DNA of 64,000 bases from an uncultured Candidatus Saccharibacteria bacterium (GCA_964593365.1 CAZQGQ010000001.1:50153-114152), one strand, 5' to 3'. Counted from the stretch's first letter, positions 49,136 to 59,243 are shown. Program-made: numbers and translations. Notes: generated by a model from the letters alone, not told the origin.

Positions 49136-50845
49136 ATGTTCTCGCTCCACGACCCCATTGATGCTGCTATTCGCGACGAGCTTCTCGAGCACGATGACCT
49201 TATCGCGGCGCTCCTTTCGCGCCGAGGAATCAAAACTAAGGAAGATGCCGATGCTTTCCTCTTTCCTTCATACGACGAGCACATAGGAGATCCGCTGCAG
49301 ATACTTAATATGCCAAAAGCAGCCGGAAGGATTGCAAAGGCGATAGAAACGGGAGAGCGAATTACCGTCTGGAGCGATTATGACTGCGACGGTATCCCGG
49401 GCGGAACCATACTCCACGACTTTCTGAAGAAAGCCGGAGCGAATTTCACTAACTACATCCCGCATCGCCATGAGGAAGGGTTCGGCGTGAACACGCTTGG
49501 CGTCGAGAAGCTCGCGAAAGAGGGAACGACCTTGATGATCACGGTTGATTGCGGGATTACTGACGTCGAGCCCATCAAACGTGCGCAAGAGTTAGGAATC
49601 GACGTCATCTTGACCGACCATCACCTCCCTGCGGAAGTGCTTCCGCCTGCATTCGCCGTCATCGACCCGAAGCAAGAGGGTGAGACGTATCCGTTTCGGG
49701 ATTTCTGCGGAGCAGGACTTGCCTGGAAGCTTGCGTGCGGGGTGCTCGCGCACGGATTTGTCGGACGAGAAAACATACAGATCGGCTGGGAGAAGTGGCT
49801 TTTGGATATGGCAGGGCTCGCGACTATTGCCGACATGGTCCCGCTTGTCGGAGAGAACCGCGTCATCGCAAAGTACGGGCTCCTCGTCATGCGCAAATCT
49901 CCGCGACTCGGACTCCAAGCCCTTTGCAAAGCTGCGCGCGTCAATCAGCGCTTTATTACTGAAGACGATGTCGGTTTCATGATCGCTCCGCGAGTGAATG
50001 CTGCAAGCCGCATGGGGAATCCACGTGATGCATTTGAGCTTTTCACGACAACAGACGAAGCTCGGGCAGACGCGCTTGCAAAAGAACTAGAGAAAGCCAA
50101 TCGTGCGCGGCGAGCACAGGCAGCAGCGATCACGCGTGCAGTGCATGAGCGCTTGGCAGAACGGAAACTCACGACGACAGAAATTCCAGACGTGATCGCG
50201 CTTGGGGATCCTGACTGGCGTCCAGGACTGTTGGGACTTGTAGCAAACACCATCTCTGAAGAATACGGACGCCCCGTCTTCTTGTGGGGACGAGAAGGAG
50301 GGAAGACGTTGAAGGGATCGTGCCGCGCAGGCCGTCCTGGTGTTTCGGTAGTTGAGATTATGGCCGGTACGCAGGATGTGTTTGAAGGACATGGTGGGCA
50401 CGGGCCAGCCGGCGGTTTCACCGTCAAAGACGACGCTGTTTTCTTTCTCGAAGAGCGACTATGTAAATCCTATGCGGCGCTTCCAAGTTCGGGAGAAGCT
50501 GCTGTGCTTGCGATGGCGGACGCGTCGCTATCCATGCAGGAAGCAACGGGAGAGCTTCTCGATAAGCTCTTGAAGCTCGCGCCCTTTGGCATGGGAAATC
50601 AAAAGCCGATCTTCGCCTTCCAGGGTGTCTCGCTTTCTAAAGTCACGTGGTTCGGGAAATCCGAAGAGCACCTGAAGCTCACCGTAGGTTCAGTCGAAGC
50701 CATTTCGTTCTACGCAAAGCGCCAGCTCGGGAAAGGATCAAGCGAGCTCGCACCAGGCAAAGAAGTGAGCATACTCGCAAGTCTTGAGCGGGATCAGTTC
50801 TCACGAGGACGCCCGGTGCGCCTCCGGCTCGTCGCTGTCCGCTAG
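49136..50845 (+). CDS. recJ: Single-stranded DNA exonuclease RecJ
   Basis: DYDCDG, TVDCG, TDHH, ATIADMVPL, PRVNAASR, GGHG. Confidence 0.95.
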   Translation: MFSLHDPIDAAIRDELLEHDDLIAALLSRRGIKTKEDADAFLFPSYDEHIGDPLQILNMPKAAGRIAKAIETGERITVWSDYDCDGIPGGTILHDFLKKAGANFTNYIPHRHEEGFGVNTLGVEKLAKEGTTLMITVDCGITDVEPIKRAQELGIDVILTDHHLPAEVLPPAFAVIDPKQEGETYPFRDFCGAGLAWKLACGVLAHGFVGRENIQIGWEKWLLDMAGLATIADMVPLVGENRVIAKYGLLVMRKSPRLGLQALCKAARVNQRFITEDDVGFMIAPRVNAASRMGNPRDAFELFTTTDEARADALAKELEKANRARRAQAAAITRAVHERLAERKLTTTEIPDVIALGDPDWRPGLLGLVANTISEEYGRPVFLWGREGGKTLKGSCRAGRPGVSVVEIMAGTQDVFEGHGGHGPAGGFTVKDDAVFFLEERLCKSYAALPSSGEAAVLAMADASLSMQEATGELLDKLLKLAPFGMGNQKPIFAFQGVSLSKVTWFGKSEEHLKLTVGSVEAISFYAKRQLGKGSSELAPGKEVSILASLERDQFSRGRPVRLRLVAVR

Positions 50846-50868
50846 AAGGACCGTGCTACATTCTATAA

Positions 50869-51291
50869 ATGCAATTTACGCTCTATGCGGACGGCGGTTC
50901 CAGAGGAAACCCAGGACCTTCAGGCGCTGGAGCCGTCGTATTTGATGCGATTGGAAAACGGGTAGCTGAAGTCTCCGACTATCTTGGCGAGACGACAAAT
51001 AATGTCGCCGAATACGAAGCAATCATCCGCGGCCTCAAAGCGTTGCTTGCGGCCTTCCCAGAAGGATATTTCAAGAGTGCTTCCGTTGAGGTGCGTATGG
51101 ATAGCAAGCTCGTTATCGAGCAGATGAAGGGTGCCTATAAGGTGAAGCATCCGAATCTGATACCTCGAAACTTCGAGGCGAAAAACCTCATCGCGCGCAA
51201 TTTCTCACAGATATCGTTCGTGCATGTGCCGCGAGAGAAGAATACGGATGCAGACGAGCTGGCGAACCTCGCGATGGATCGCAAGAAATAA
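50869..51291 (+). CDS. rnhA: Ribonuclease HI family protein
   Basis: DGGSRGNPG, TNNVAEYEA, DSKLV, HVPREKN..ADELAN. Confidence 0.93.
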   Translation: MQFTLYADGGSRGNPGPSGAGAVVFDAIGKRVAEVSDYLGETTNNVAEYEAIIRGLKALLAAFPEGYFKSASVEVRMDSKLVIEQMKGAYKVKHPNLIPRNFEAKNLIARNFSQISFVHVPREKNTDADELANLAMDRKK

Positions 51292-51294
51292 CCC

Positions 51295-52803
51295 ATGACG
51301 GACAAACTGCTCTTAGTCGGTGTTATCGGCTTTGCGCTCGGTGTTCTTATGGCCTCGTACTTGGGCAGCGTTAGTCTCGTATTTTTCTTTGCGTTTCTTG
51401 CGGTTGTGTTCTTCGGTCTCTGGCGTTTGCGAAAGCAGGCAGTACTTATTTTTGTATGTGTTTTGTTGCTTACCGCTTCCATCGGAGCGATGCGAATGCA
51501 ATTTGTGGCAGAAGCGCTTCCAGATGAGTTCGTCCCGCTGGTAGGGACTGAAGTAGAGATTGAGGGAGTCGTCGTAGCAGATCCTGACATTCGCGAGACC
51601 AGCCAGCGGATAACGGTTGAAGTAGAAAAGGATGGAGTACAAACGCGCGTACTTGCCGTAGCGCCATTGTATCCATCGGTTCGCTATGGCGAGCGAGTAG
51701 TAGCTCGCGGAGAGTTTACTTTGCCTGAAGCATTTGAAACGGATATGGGAAGACAATTCTCCTACGACAAATTCCTCGCTAAGGATTCCGTCTTTGCGGT
51801 TCTCCAAAATGCATCGCTTGAGGTGATCGCGCCGCGCGAGGGGTTCGTAGCACATGTCTTCGGTCCGTTAGCTGACTTTAAAAATATAGGCATTGAAATG
51901 CTGGGCCATGCTCTTCCCGAGCCGCACGCCTCTTTAGCATCCGGTCTTATTCTTGGCGGGAAGCAGGGATTGGGCGAAGACCTTCTCGACAGCTTTATCG
52001 TCTCAGGGCTCGTGCATATCGTCGTACTCTCCGGATACAACGTCATGATCGTCGCGGAGTTCGTGCTCCGCCTCTTGGGATTTTTGCCGAAGCGAACGGC
52101 TGCGTGGTTTGGCGTCGCGACTATCGCTGCGTTCGTTCTTGCAGCTGGAGCAGGTGCGGCGTCCGTCCGCGCAGGTCTTATGGCGGGCATTGCAGTCTTT
52201 GGGCGCGCAACGGGAAGAACGTATGACGCGTTTCGCGCGCTTCTCCTGGCGGGAGTCGTCATGGTGCTCGCAAGCCCGTATTCGCTTGCGTATGACCCTG
52301 GGTTCCAACTTTCGTTTATAGCGACCTTGGGCCTCATCTTCGGTGCGCCGATCGTGGAGCGCTGGCTCCATTTTGTGAAAAGTGCTTTCCTTCGGGAAAT
52401 CGCTTCAGCAACCATCGCTGCTCAGATAAGCGTGTTGCCGCTGCTTATCTATCAAAACGGGCTCTTCTCGCTCGTTGCGCTCCCCGTAAATCTTATCGTT
52501 CTTCCCATTGTCCCAATCGCGATGCTCGCGTCAGCGGTTGCTGGGCTTGGCGGCTTTATTGTGCCTGCGCTGGCAACGCTTATAGGATTGCCTGCGTATC
52601 TCCTCCTTTCCTACATCATCAGCATCGTTGAAATCTCCGCGGCTCTTCCGCTTGCTGCGCTCTCAATCCCTGCCTTCCCGTTTATCTTTACGATTCTCGC
52701 GTACGCAGGCCTTATATACCTGGTGTGGCGCTCCTATGACGCGTCAGCGAACCGTTTCTCAACCACTGCCCAGTTAACGTTATCGAGAAAAGCATCGACG
52801 TAG
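51295..52803 (+). CDS. comEC: ComEC competence protein (OB + membrane domain)
   Basis: SGLVHIVVLSGYN, SVRAGLM, DPGFQLSF. Confidence 0.93.
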   Translation: MTDKLLLVGVIGFALGVLMASYLGSVSLVFFFAFLAVVFFGLWRLRKQAVLIFVCVLLLTASIGAMRMQFVAEALPDEFVPLVGTEVEIEGVVVADPDIRETSQRITVEVEKDGVQTRVLAVAPLYPSVRYGERVVARGEFTLPEAFETDMGRQFSYDKFLAKDSVFAVLQNASLEVIAPREGFVAHVFGPLADFKNIGIEMLGHALPEPHASLASGLILGGKQGLGEDLLDSFIVSGLVHIVVLSGYNVMIVAEFVLRLLGFLPKRTAAWFGVATIAAFVLAAGAGAASVRAGLMAGIAVFGRATGRTYDAFRALLLAGVVMVLASPYSLAYDPGFQLSFIATLGLIFGAPIVERWLHFVKSAFLREIASATIAAQISVLPLLIYQNGLFSLVALPVNLIVLPIVPIAMLASAVAGLGGFIVPALATLIGLPAYLLLSYIISIVEISAALPLAALSIPAFPFIFTILAYAGLIYLVWRSYDASANRFSTTAQLTLSRKAST

Positions 52804-53327
52804 TTTTTCTTTTCTGCAGGCACGTAGTCAACCATGTAGGCGTGCTCCCAAAGGTCGACTGCCATAAGGACAGGGAGGCCCGATAGCTGCCCGAGCTCAT
52901 GGTCTGCAACAAATACCGTCTGCAGCACGCTTCCTCGAGGATCCCAGTACACCACTACCCATCCAATGCCGCGCATTCCGGCTACTTCCTTTATATGCGC
53001 GATAAAGTCATCAAAGCTCCCGTATTTTTCTGCTGCGACCTTTCGGAGATTTCCCTCTGGGCTTGCAACTGAAGGACCTCCTTCAAGCTGCTCGAAGTAG
53101 TACTCGTGCATGCGCATGCCGTCGAACTCGAAGTTATAGCGGCGGCGAAGCTCGTTTATAACGAATGCGTTGTCTTCAGCTCCTTGTTCCTTGAGGGCTT
53201 TGATCTTCTCGCTTATGAGGTTCACGTGCTTCACGTAGCCCTGGTAGAGACCGAGGTGCACGTCGATCTGCTTTTGGGAGAGTCCTTTGAGTTCTGGAAG
53301 GGCGAACGTTTGGGCGGTGTAGGTCAT
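52734..53327 (-). CDS. sod: Fe/Mn superoxide dismutase
   Basis: HLGLYQGYV, MHEYYF, DLWEHAYMVDY, NVNW; start MTYTAQ. Confidence 0.9.
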   Translation of the reverse strand: MTYTAQTFALPELKGLSQKQIDVHLGLYQGYVKHVNLISEKIKALKEQGAEDNAFVINELRRRYNFEFDGMRMHEYYFEQLEGGPSVASPEGNLRKVAAEKYGSFDDFIAHIKEVAGMRGIGWVVVYWDPRGSVLQTVFVADHELGQLSGLPVLMAVDLWEHAYMVDYVPAEKKNYVDAFLDNVNWAVVEKRFADAS

Positions 53328-53373
53328 ATACGTGAAGTATATACCTCGGCCTCGGTGATATGCTGGTGAAAAC

Positions 53374-54231
53374 GTGGCCATAGATCGCCGACAGCTCAAG
53401 TATGGTTTTCTCTTTGCCCTGGTAGGGATCAATGTCCTTATCTTCACTCTCGTGCTTTTGCGTCCGTCACACATACTTACTGTTTCGTTCCTTGATGTGG
53501 GGCAAGGCGACGCGATTTTAATCGAAAGCCCAACAGGCACTGACGTCTTGATCGATGGCGGGCGCGACCGTTCTGTCGTTCGAGAACTCCCGAAGCGCCT
53601 CGGACCGTTCGATCGAACAATCGACCTTGTCGTTGCAACGCATCCGGACGCCGATCATATAGGCGCTCTGCCAAGCGTGCTGGACCGCTATCAGGTGAGC
53701 TACGTTCTTGAGCCGGGCGTTTCAAGCGACACCTCGCCAACCAAAGCGTTTGCTGCATCCGTTTTAGAAGAAAAAGGCGTAACGACAATGCTCGCGCGGC
53801 GCGGTATGCGAATCAACCTTGGCGGAGGTGCTCATATGGATGTGTTGTTTCCAGATCGGAATGTATCCGGACTTGAAACCAACACCGGGTCGGTCATCGC
53901 TCGACTGGTGTATGGCGAAACGTCGTTCCTCCTTACTGGAGACGCGCCCTCTTCAATCGAGAACTGGCTAACGCTTCTCGACGGAGAGGAACTTAAGAGC
54001 AATATTCTAAAAGCGGGGCACCATGGATCCCGAACTTCGACGAGCGAAGCGTGGCTTTCTGCTGTTGATCCGTCAGTGGTCGTCATATCTGCCGGCAAAG
54101 ATAACTCATACGGGCATCCGCATGCAGAAGTGCTCGAAAACATCCAAGCATCGGGAGCGTCTATGGAAGCAACGCTTGGGGAAGGGACGGTGACCTTCGT
54201 GAGTGACGGGAAGAGCGTACGGAGAAAATAA
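53374..54231 (+). CDS. ComEC-type metallo-beta-lactamase domain protein
   Basis: FLDVGQGDA, THPDADHIG, LTGDA, GHHGSRTS, NSYGHPH. Confidence 0.93.
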   Translation: MAIDRRQLKYGFLFALVGINVLIFTLVLLRPSHILTVSFLDVGQGDAILIESPTGTDVLIDGGRDRSVVRELPKRLGPFDRTIDLVVATHPDADHIGALPSVLDRYQVSYVLEPGVSSDTSPTKAFAASVLEEKGVTTMLARRGMRINLGGGAHMDVLFPDRNVSGLETNTGSVIARLVYGETSFLLTGDAPSSIENWLTLLDGEELKSNILKAGHHGSRTSTSEAWLSAVDPSVVVISAGKDNSYGHPHAEVLENIQASGASMEATLGEGTVTFVSDGKSVRRK

Positions 54232-54272
54232 AAACCGCCCCGTGGATACGAGGCGGTTTTTATGGAAGCTTT

Positions 54273-54518
54273 CTATTTGAGTATTCCGGCCTTCTTGAGA
54301 GTCTTGAAAGCGCCGTTCTTCTTGATGTGGCGTAGTCCTGCGATAGAAATGTCCACAAGAACCATCTTATTGAGTTCAGGGACGAAGACGCGTCGCTTCT
54401 GGAGGTTTGCCTTGCGGCGGACCTTTCCTGTTGGGTTGAACTGGGTTGCGCGCGTGCGGTTAGAGTACCGACCGCCAATCTGCGTGCTTTTTCCAGTGAT
54501 CTCGCATTCGCGTGCCAT
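54273..54518 (-). CDS. rpmB: 50S ribosomal protein L28
   Basis: MARECEITGK...RRKANLQ. Confidence 0.92.
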   Translation of the reverse strand: MARECEITGKSTQIGGRYSNRTRATQFNPTGKVRRKANLQKRRVFVPELNKMVLVDISIAGLRHIKKNGAFKTLKKAGILK

Positions 54519-54563
54519 AGTTCCCGCATGCTAGCATAGAGGCTAGCGTTTAGGCAAACCTAT

Positions 54564-55193
54564 ATGGAATCGATGCTTTTCACGATAGTAGTCCTCATTC
54601 TCTCGATCATCGTGCACGAGGTGGCTCACGGCTATGCCGCTGAGGCTCTCGGAGATCCGACCGCAAAACTGGCGGGTCGCCTCACCTTGAACCCCGTTCC
54701 TCATATAGATCCGATCGGATCCATCCTCATCCCGGCCGTCATGGTCCTTACTAACGCCGGCATGCTCTTCGGATGGGCAAAGCCCGTTCCCTATAACCCG
54801 CATAACCTGCGAAATAAGCGTTGGGGAGAAGCGATCGTCGGTATCGCTGGCGTTGCGACAAACATCCTCATCGCCGTTGTCTTCGCCTTTCTCGCACGTC
54901 TTGCCTTTGGAGCAGGGGAGGAAACATTTGGCGGCGTGCTTGCGACGGTGTCCTTGGTGAACTTATTCCTCGGTCTTTTCAACCTGATTCCATTTCCGCC
55001 TCTTGATGGGTTCACGGTGCTTCGCGGCATACTCCCGTATCGTTACGCGATCTCGATGCGTCACCTTGAAGAGCGCATGTGGGGCGGGGGGATCTTCACG
55101 CTCGTCATCTTCCTCCTGGTGTTCAGCTACGTGCTTGCGACACCGTTCTACAAGTTCGTCCTGTGGGTGTTCGGATTCCTGATCGGAGCCTAA
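54564..55193 (+). CDS. Site-2 (M50) membrane metalloprotease
   Basis: HEVAHG, GDPTAK, NLIPFPPLDG. Confidence 0.93.
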   Translation: MESMLFTIVVLILSIIVHEVAHGYAAEALGDPTAKLAGRLTLNPVPHIDPIGSILIPAVMVLTNAGMLFGWAKPVPYNPHNLRNKRWGEAIVGIAGVATNILIAVVFAFLARLAFGAGEETFGGVLATVSLVNLFLGLFNLIPFPPLDGFTVLRGILPYRYAISMRHLEERMWGGGIFTLVIFLLVFSYVLATPFYKFVLWVFGFLIGA

Positions 55194-55260
55194 TCCACAC
55201 GCCTCATTTGGGGGCTCTATATATTGGTACACTTAAGGGGTTACCCCTTAACCTCTTTCT

Positions 55261-55650
55261 ATGGAACTTACTTTCTTGCTCGCTAAGGTGTTCGGCCTCT
55301 ATGCCTTGATTACCGGTGTCGCGATCATCATGAACCGCAGGCACATCATGCTCGCGGTCGCGGCTTTGGTTGAAGAGCGCTTCGCCCAGCTTCTCACCGG
55401 TATCGTCTCGCTTCTCTTCGGTCTCTTCCTTATTAACATCCATAACGACTGGTCCACGTTCTTTACCGGACTCGTCTCGCTCTTTGGATGGCTCGCGTTT
55501 CTAAAAGGACTGTTCTATCTCTTCGCTCCTGAAGCTACGCTTGGAAGACTGATCAAGAAATTGAACGCACGCAAGTGGTACATGATCGACGGAGGCATCG
55601 CCGTCATCGCCGGTCTTTACTTGGCAGGAACCGCGTACGGCTGGTTCTAG
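55261..55650 (+). CDS. Hypothetical 4-TM membrane protein
   Basis: HNDW...LFGW...KG pattern, four TMs. Confidence 0.75.
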   Translation: MELTFLLAKVFGLYALITGVAIIMNRRHIMLAVAALVEERFAQLLTGIVSLLFGLFLINIHNDWSTFFTGLVSLFGWLAFLKGLFYLFAPEATLGRLIKKLNARKWYMIDGGIAVIAGLYLAGTAYGWF

Positions 55651-56121
55651 CTAGTCCTCTTGGGGAGGAGTTGGATCCACGATTCGTTTCTGACTTACTC
55701 GCGCCAGACTCCCAGAAGGTCCTCGTGGTTGAGGACCTTTTGGCGTTTCCTCGAGAAGCCGGAGTGCTTCTGCAATCCATTCGCGCTGAACCTTCGGCGC
55801 ATACGGTGGGCCTTTTCCTCGTATGTTGTTCGACCATTCCCTTACGGCTCGTTCTACTATCCGCTTTTGGCTCTCTGGCGGGTAGAGCCACTCAAGCCAC
55901 TTCTTCGTTCTCGTGAAAGGCTCTTCTTGCTCCAGATTCTTAGTAATTACATCAAGCCTTCCTCGTCCATATCTTCCTACAGGCACTTCTTCTCCCGTTA
56001 CGGTTGCGATAGCTTTTTCTAGGGCAATGCTCACTTGATGAAGTGTGCGCGTATCGTCATATGCTTCTGCCGCTTTAGATTGACGGGCGTCTTGTGTAGG
56101 TTGGCGTTCCCCGGGCATCAT
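55651..56121 (-). CDS. Hypothetical protein
   Basis: 156-aa ORF filling the gap; no family recognised. Confidence 0.55.
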   Translation of the reverse strand: MMPGERQPTQDARQSKAAEAYDDTRTLHQVSIALEKAIATVTGEEVPVGRYGRGRLDVITKNLEQEEPFTRTKKWLEWLYPPESQKRIVERAVREWSNNIRGKGPPYAPKVQREWIAEALRLLEETPKGPQPRGPSGSLARVSQKRIVDPTPPQED

Positions 56122-56153
56122 GCGACCTAGTATAACTTGGTATAGTTATAACT

Positions 56154-56798
56154 ATGAAAATAACCAAGTACGGCCACTCCTGCCTCCTGATCGAAGAGAA
56201 TGGGGTACGGATCATCACGGACCCAGGGATCTGGAATACTACTCCTGACGCTACCGGGGTGAGCGCGGTGCTCATCACGCACGAACATCCAGACCATAGC
56301 GATGTGGAACAAGTCAAAGCAATCCTTGGGCGAAACCCAGAGGCGCAAGTCATTACGCATAAAGGCCTCGGATCGAAACTAGAAGAAGCTGGAATCGCCT
56401 ACACGGAAATCAAAGCCGGCGAAACAATCGACGTGCAGGGAGTGTCAGTGGAGAGCTGCGGGACCGATCACGCCATCATTTACGGAGACGCGTCCCCGTG
56501 CCAGAACACCGGGTATCTGATCGCGGGAAAATTGTTTGCGCCGGGAGATGCGCTGCATGACGTTCCTCCGGGACAGATAGAGATCCTCGCGCTTCCGTGC
56601 GGAGGTCCGTGGATGCGCTTCTCAGACGCGATCGATTACGCGAAATCTCTGAAGCCAAGGGTCGTGTTCCCGATACATGACGCCATGTACATCGAGGAAT
56701 TCCGAGGCGGACTCGTTCCCCGAGTCATCGGAGGAAGCCTTGAATCAGCCGGAATCTCTTTTATTGATATGCCAGCCGGGGCAACTAAAGAATTCTAA
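56154..56798 (+). CDS. Metallo-beta-lactamase fold hydrolase
   Basis: GHSCLLI, THEHPDH, PGD, PIHD. Confidence 0.9.
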   Translation: MKITKYGHSCLLIEENGVRIITDPGIWNTTPDATGVSAVLITHEHPDHSDVEQVKAILGRNPEAQVITHKGLGSKLEEAGIAYTEIKAGETIDVQGVSVESCGTDHAIIYGDASPCQNTGYLIAGKLFAPGDALHDVPPGQIEILALPCGGPWMRFSDAIDYAKSLKPRVVFPIHDAMYIEEFRGGLVPRVIGGSLESAGISFIDMPAGATKEF

Positions 56799-56800
56799 CT

Positions 56801-57184
56801 ATGCTACGAAACGTACTACTTCTATTTGTTACGACACTCATCCTGGGCGTCGCGATTGGCTACTTCTTTGGCTTTGGCAATGGTATTGAGAAAGGAGAGC
56901 CTACGTACATTTCTTCCTTTGAAGAATGCAAAGCAGCAGGATATCCAATAATGGAAAGCTATCCCGAGCAGTGCAACACGCCCGACGGAAAACACTTCGT
57001 GCAAGATGTAGAAGAAACTACACCAGAGGAAGAAACACCCGTGACTCCTGTTGTGCCAAGAAATCCTGGCGCCGTTAAACCTGAACCCGTCTTTTGCACC
57101 ATGGATGCAAAGATCTGCCCGGACGGAACCGGGGTAGGGCGTGTCGGTCCTAACTGCGAGTTTGCGCCGTGCCCTGGTGAATAG
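56801..57184 (+). CDS. Small anchored protein with two Cys-rich microdomains
   Basis: SFEECKAAGYPIMESYPEQC and CTMDAKICPDG..VGRVGPNCEFAPCP. Confidence 0.8.
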   Translation: MLRNVLLLFVTTLILGVAIGYFFGFGNGIEKGEPTYISSFEECKAAGYPIMESYPEQCNTPDGKHFVQDVEETTPEEETPVTPVVPRNPGAVKPEPVFCTMDAKICPDGTGVGRVGPNCEFAPCPGE

Positions 57185-57186
57185 GC

Positions 57187-57942
57187 TTAGCTCAGTTTCA
57201 GAAATTCAGCTTTCCCCCACACGTTCCAAAAGTATTCGCGGTACTGTTCCGCAAGAGTCTTGCTCTTTATGTGAACAACCAATGGATCCACGGCCGGCGT
57301 AACGATGTACACATGGTCTCCTGCAAGCCACGCGGTATGCGGAAGCTTGTACGCGTCATCAGCAACTTTGCATGAATACGGATTTTTTAAATAGGGGCCA
57401 ATGAATTCTATTGCTTTATCACGTTCGTTTTCAAAAAAAAGTATCTGCGTATCAATCCCCATCCGTTTGAGTTTACGCACTTCAGCAACGTGTGCTCCAA
57501 AGTTTGTTTTCATACTCTCAAACCATCCCTTACATTCTCCGCGAATAGAAATATACTCGCCCGCTTCGATAGCGCGAAGTCTAAAGTCAGCAATACCTTG
57601 CATGTAACTTTCATTGCCACTGAAGAGTTCAACTCGTTCCTTGTCGTCTTGTTCTCGACGTTGAATTTGTTCAACCAATTCAATTGCCAGAACCTCTTTT
57701 TGTTTTAAATCGCTCAAAAAACGTTGCGGATCTGAAATGCTGTAGAGGTTTTTCCCATTTCGTTTCAGTACAACGATAAGTTTCTTGCTCTCGAGGCTCT
57801 CAAGAGCGTTGTAGATAACTTGCCGGTGCTTTTTTGTTTTGTGGACGATAGGAGCCACAAAACAGGGCCCAACCTCAGTTATCGTTTCATATACCTCCGC
57901 TTCGATAGGGGAAAGCCCAAGCTGAATCAAGGTGTCAATCAT
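57187..57942 (-). CDS. TrmB-family regulator (module 8)
   Basis: LGLSPIEAEVY...HRQVIYNALESL; VELFSG; FWNVW. Confidence 0.88.
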   Translation of the reverse strand: MIDTLIQLGLSPIEAEVYETITEVGPCFVAPIVHKTKKHRQVIYNALESLESKKLIVVLKRNGKNLYSISDPQRFLSDLKQKEVLAIELVEQIQRREQDDKERVELFSGNESYMQGIADFRLRAIEAGEYISIRGECKGWFESMKTNFGAHVAEVRKLKRMGIDTQILFFENERDKAIEFIGPYLKNPYSCKVADDAYKLPHTAWLAGDHVYIVTPAVDPLVVHIKSKTLAEQYREYFWNVWGKAEFLKLS

Positions 57943-58046
57943 GAGAGATGGTTTATAGGGCCTTATTGCTTACTTTTTCACTGAACTGTCAAGCTGTCAA
58001 TAGAACCTATAGACACTTGATGATTTTTTCTTAAGAATGATGACCT

Positions 58047-59183
58047 ATGAACCACAAAGCCATAGCGGGGGCCGGGCTGATCGCTTTTGCAGCGCTTCTC
58101 ATCCTTGTGCTCGCACCACAATCCCAAGAAAAGGGAATTATTCAAATTGGCGTCATTGCACCTCTTACCGGGCCTGGAGCAAGCCTTGGGGAATGGATGA
58201 TTGACGGCGTCACGTTCGCACAAGAGGAGATTAATGCTAAAGGAGGCATAAACGGAAAGAGAGTAGAACTAGTGATTGAAGACGATAAGTGTAACGGCAA
58301 ATCTAGTGTCGATGCCTATAACAAGCTACGCACACAGAACATTGTTTATTTTATTGGCCCCCTTTGTGGCGCAGCCCGAGTACCAGTGCTTGAAGTTGCT
58401 GAAAGGGAGGAGACCGTTCTCATTACGACCGGGTTGGCACTGGATACTGCGCCAAAAACAAGTGCACACACATTCAATGTTCTCCCTTCTGCGTGGTCTG
58501 TTGCACAAAAAATTGTCGAATTTGCTGCAGCGGAAGGCTATACAGTCTTATCTGTTTTGTATTCGGATGACGAGTACGGTAAAGAAAATGACTTGGCGAT
58601 AAAACAGTATGCTGAGCAGCACAACCTTAAACTTATCTCCGTAGAGAAGCACGCTCGAGGTAGCGTTGACTTACGTACGCAGATACTCAAGTTCAAGAAC
58701 GATGAAAGCCAGGCTGTTGTTGCTGCTGCTTTTGGTCCCGAATACGCAGTGTTCCTAAAGCAGGCGAGCGAACTTGACCTCAACAAACCTATCTTTGCTG
58801 TATCCAGTATCCAAGTACCTGAAGCGGCAATAGCTAGTCAACAGACAGAAGAAAAAGTCTTCTATTCATATCCCTCAGTTTCCAATCTAGATTCCGTAGT
58901 TGCGTTTGCTGAAAAGTTTAGATTGGAAGATAAAGACGCTTCCTTATTCTTGCCCATGTATATCGGAGCTGGATACGATGCCCTGACACTTCTTGTCGGA
59001 GCATTAGATACATGTGGCATCAACGACCAGTCGTGTGTAAATGAGACTCTTGCTGCGACGGAAGGATATAAAGGTGCAAACGGCTTGGTGTCTTTTGATG
59101 TGGACGGCAACAACCTAGCAGAGTCATCTATGGAAGTAAGGACCTTATATAAAGGTGAGTTTGCACAGTATGTACCAGAGTAA
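58047..59183 (+). CDS. LivJ-type substrate-binding protein (module 8)
   Basis: IGVIAPLTG, GGINGKRVELVIEDDKC, GPLCG, GYDA. Confidence 0.92.
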   Translation: MNHKAIAGAGLIAFAALLILVLAPQSQEKGIIQIGVIAPLTGPGASLGEWMIDGVTFAQEEINAKGGINGKRVELVIEDDKCNGKSSVDAYNKLRTQNIVYFIGPLCGAARVPVLEVAEREETVLITTGLALDTAPKTSAHTFNVLPSAWSVAQKIVEFAAAEGYTVLSVLYSDDEYGKENDLAIKQYAEQHNLKLISVEKHARGSVDLRTQILKFKNDESQAVVAAAFGPEYAVFLKQASELDLNKPIFAVSSIQVPEAAIASQQTEEKVFYSYPSVSNLDSVVAFAEKFRLEDKDASLFLPMYIGAGYDALTLLVGALDTCGINDQSCVNETLAATEGYKGANGLVSFDVDGNNLAESSMEVRTLYKGEFAQYVPE

Positions 59184-59243
59184 GTAACTGCCAGTGTTTT
59201 CGTTATTGTCTCAAATCAAGCGACTTCAGCTATAATTAGGGGA

